DNA of 64,000 bases from Catajapyx aquilonaris (lineage: Eukaryota), in contig KZ538133.1 in assembly GCA_000934665.2 (NCBI GenBank), positions 62,001 through 126,000 on the forward strand, in the 5' to 3' direction. Shown here one piece after another: positions 60,701-64,000 of the stretch. The translations under genes were made by a program, and so were the position numbers. Below the pieces are notes generated by a model that was not told the origin of the DNA, made no database searches, and was given only the letters and a program-made list of their open reading frames with translations. Position 1 is the first letter of the stretch; every line of letters starts with the position of its first letter.

Positions 60701-63700
60701 TGTCATGAATATACGCTCTGACTTGTACTGCTATGTGTACTTCAGTATGAGGAGATATAGTTGGCTAGTTTATTTTCATTGTGGGCGGATTACTTTCGTG
60801 ACAAGCAACGTGGCAGCAGTATCAAACTTTTTGAACAAATTCTTGTTTGAAACAAACTATTGGTGAATCACTAGGATCGATCCTTCGAACTTCTTGAAGA
60901 ATGAATGACATGCCCAGCTCCTCCTTCCCTGTCCCCTTGGGCTGTCCCATGAGCTGGAAGCCTCTCTAAAAGAATAGTAATAATGGTGGCAAAGTAAATA
61001 TAAATGGCCTATAAGTATACTCGAAATGAAGCACTCTTTGCATCTTATTTTCACGGATAGGCCTACTATGGACATAATTAAATACCATTATAAATAAGCA
61101 CATAATATGGTTCTAATATTATTTTCATGACTAATGAGAGTCTCCAAGCACAAAAAGGGCAGCTTGTATATTATTTTGTAATCATGCATCTTATAATCGT
61201 AGTAATTTATGATACCTTCCATGTGGGGCATATGCAACTGCTCTGTTTACACCATGTGTCCAAAAAAACTTTAGTACTCTACAAAGGTAATAAGCATTTT
61301 CAGACCAGATCAAAAGTTTGATTTGCGCACTATTATTAATGAATTATACGATTGCTTCATGATGACGTATTACCTTTATTCTGTAAATATCAATCTCTAT
61401 CATTAACAGTATAGTGATATGTCGACACACCCAGTATGCAAAACAATATTAATTTCTAAGTGTGCCTAATTTTCTGCCAACTGTGCCCTGATTTGAATGT
61501 GTCCTGACTTTCCATGCCAATAAAAACTGACGATGTGCCTGCCAATGTCTCTCCATGCGGATGTTACAACTGTCACCGTTTTGTCATGCCTTTTTGAACT
61601 GGATATTTTTACTGCACATTTACTGTAGCTGTTGCAAACTTCTGACCCCTGATAACTTTTGCATACTACCATTCTAAACTACAATTGACCTCATTTTGCC
61701 AATTTTAACAGAGTGAATTCATACGAACATATCTCAACTAATATGAAGCCAAAGTTCACGCCTTTGCAACTTTTTTTAAATTATGTTGTTGACGCTTTTT
61801 TGCTCTTAAATAATGGAAATATGTATTCATATCATATACATATTTTAATTAATAATTTCAAGATGGCGCACCACACATCTGGCAATCTTGACTCAAACAG
61901 ATCCGCCATATTGCTTTGTAATGACGTCGTAGCACCTTCTCAGTATTCATTCGCGTATCCAACCAACTTTCCTTTCGAGCCTCGTTTCTTTTTACTTTTT
62001 TATTCTCGTTTTTTTACCTTTTTTTCGGGCCTCCCTCGCTCTTCCGGATGATTGAGAACTTTTTTCCTTTCCCTAGAGAATAGTTTGGTTCCCAGGTCAC
62101 GTGTAGAGAGGAGGGAAATGGCGCCCGGATTTCCCGCCCCTTTTCGAGGCCACTTCCTAATCTCCAGTTTCTCTCTGGTTGCCCGGATTTTAGGCGAGAA
62201 CTGTGGTTGTTGACTACACTGCATAGTACACCCTATATGTTGACGCATTTTTTATAAAAAAAATCCATGAAATTTTCACATTGCTTTGTAAGCATATACG
62301 AGTCATTGGCTATGAAATTCCCTTTTGACCTTACTTACTGAACTTCTGAAGACACAACAGATCACCTTCGAGTCCAATGGTTTGAGTCAACCAATCAGGA
62401 CTATGTTACAAAAGATCGCACGATTTCAATCGGCTATGGAGCGTCTATATGAAGCACCCAGTGAATGAGCTGCAGTGTTACTGTAAAAGGCTCGTCTGTT
62501 CAAATTGCCTCCAAAGGCAACTTGGAGCGTGCAAATGCATAATTTTTTGAACGTTTGATTAGCTGTGAGCGTGCGTTTCATCAACTTGAATGCTAGGGCG
62601 AGAATGAAAACATTTTCAGCAGATGACTTACCCATTTTTTTCGGCAAAATGTAGGCTAGTTATAGGAATAGAGGACCCACAAGAACGAGCATGAGAGCCT
62701 TGTTATAAACATTAATGACTAGGCATTAGCCTAGTGTATAGGGGACGTTGTGACAGCTTGGCACAGCAGGAGCAGAGGGTTACTGAACCACTCAGCATCC
62801 CCTCCCGCTCGTACCATTCGTGTACCCAGAAAATGTAAACATGCCGAAAAAGTGTACCCACTCCCTACAAAAATCATCATTTGGGACTGGAACAATATTT
62901 CAGGCCATATGCAGCCCACGATTCGACTCTGGCGAGTATGTCGCAATGAAGCCAGGAAGTACGAGTATTTCAGCATTGTCGTTCATTCGTTGTTAATGTG
63001 CCAAGAAGTAAACATAATTTCATATGAAATACCGTTCACCGTACTTTAAAGGGAAAATCATAATAAACGCAAGGTGCACTTTAGGGATACAACATTTACA
63101 GATGGGCAGCCTTTAACGTGTGAATATTTGAACCCTGATGTTACGAACTCTGAGTGTGAATTTGGTACCCGGTTAGACATCTCGTTAAGCATTTAAATGA
63201 CATTCTGACCGCTAGGTTACGAAAATAGAATGCTATCCTCTCCTGAAATTGTAGCACTGTTACTGAGACAGTTCGCGTTAGCTTATAATTCCAAACAGTC
63301 ATGAAAATAGCTATCTACACAATCTATAGTCAATGAATAATTTAGACTTTATGCAGCTGTAGAAATATCATCGGACGACACAGTAGTAATTTTGTATCTT
63401 GCGATTACAGTAATTCTATGCAAAACTCGTGAATATTTTACCAAGTTCGAAACTACTTTAAAAATAAAGCACGGGCGAATGCAAATGGAGCTGAACTAGG
63501 CATGAAATGGGACGGCACGGTTCGAGTGGGGTAATTTTGGTCATACCCACTGGAAGAACTAGTCTGCCAACCGTGGGTATGTTTCCCATGATACGTGCCT
63601 GGTAATGTGAAGCTACTCCGCCAGTTGGAAGCATGATGACGGCAAAGAATTACATGATTCCTGTATTTTGGCCACGAGCATGATTTCCTCGCCCTTTTAC

Positions 63701-63834
63701 CAGTTTCATTAAGGTCTGACGAGCCATTTCCACGTCATATTATAAGAGTACTTGCCTATTACGTACATAAAAATGTTAATAAAAAATCGAGTACATTATG
63801 CACATTATTTTTATTGTGATTTCTATTCACGATA

Positions 63835-63979
63835 TCTATATAAATGAAGCCGTTTGTGAGTCTGTCTATCTGTCCGCCTGCCAACCGTCATTTGCCTGCC
63901 ATCTGTGCTCCACCCCCAGGCCGGGAGAGGATGGAGGTGTTGGGGGTTCACTACAGATGGCAGGCCAATGATGGTTGCC
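63835..63979 (+). mobile_element. Possible non-autonomous Helitron-like 5' end followed by an internal fold-back
   Basis: It starts A|TCTATATAAATGAA and has a short GTCT-like repeat. Then come 39-bp inverted arms, 63880-63918 and 63941-63979 (32/39 match). Confidence 0.35.
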
Positions 63980-64000
63980 GTTATGGTTATACATGCGGGA

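Noticed and set aside
1..64000. CRISPR array, prokaryotic operon or defence system, tRNA/rRNA genes, transposase or reverse-transcriptase ORFs
   Set aside because: I saw no regularly spaced direct repeats, gene-dense coding, cloverleaf or rRNA signatures, or catalytic motifs. The spliceosomal intron shows the DNA is eukaryotic.

Overview
This is eukaryotic, almost certainly invertebrate-animal, genomic DNA (by eye about 40% GC, CpG not obviously depleted, many poly-C/poly-G runs, one 45-N gap). It is gene-poor, and almost all ORF-track entries look like chance ORFs. Only one protein-coding gene is well supported: a complete two-exon, + strand gene (21888-22048 and 22990-23218) encoding a 129-aa single-domain ricin-B/R-type beta-trefoil lectin with no signal peptide. 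The ORF track shows only its second exon. The rest reads as a large intronic or intergenic regulatory landscape. GC-richer islands carry YY1/Pho (AANATGGCG), GTCACGTG E-box, CRE, TALE/Hox and CTCF-like motifs. Between them, AT-rich spacers hold several short palindromic TA-flanked Tc1/mariner/pogo-type MITEs, a near-perfect 200-bp fold-back and a MER2/Tigger-like end. Minus-strand splice signals, including one textbook AG|GTGAGT ratchet-point-like site, hint at an unseen long host intron. I found no rRNA, tRNA, CRISPR array, recognisable miRNA or transposase ORF. I cannot claim a new multi-gene system. The findings are hypotheses ranked by interest, and all motif counts and expectations are rough hand estimates.
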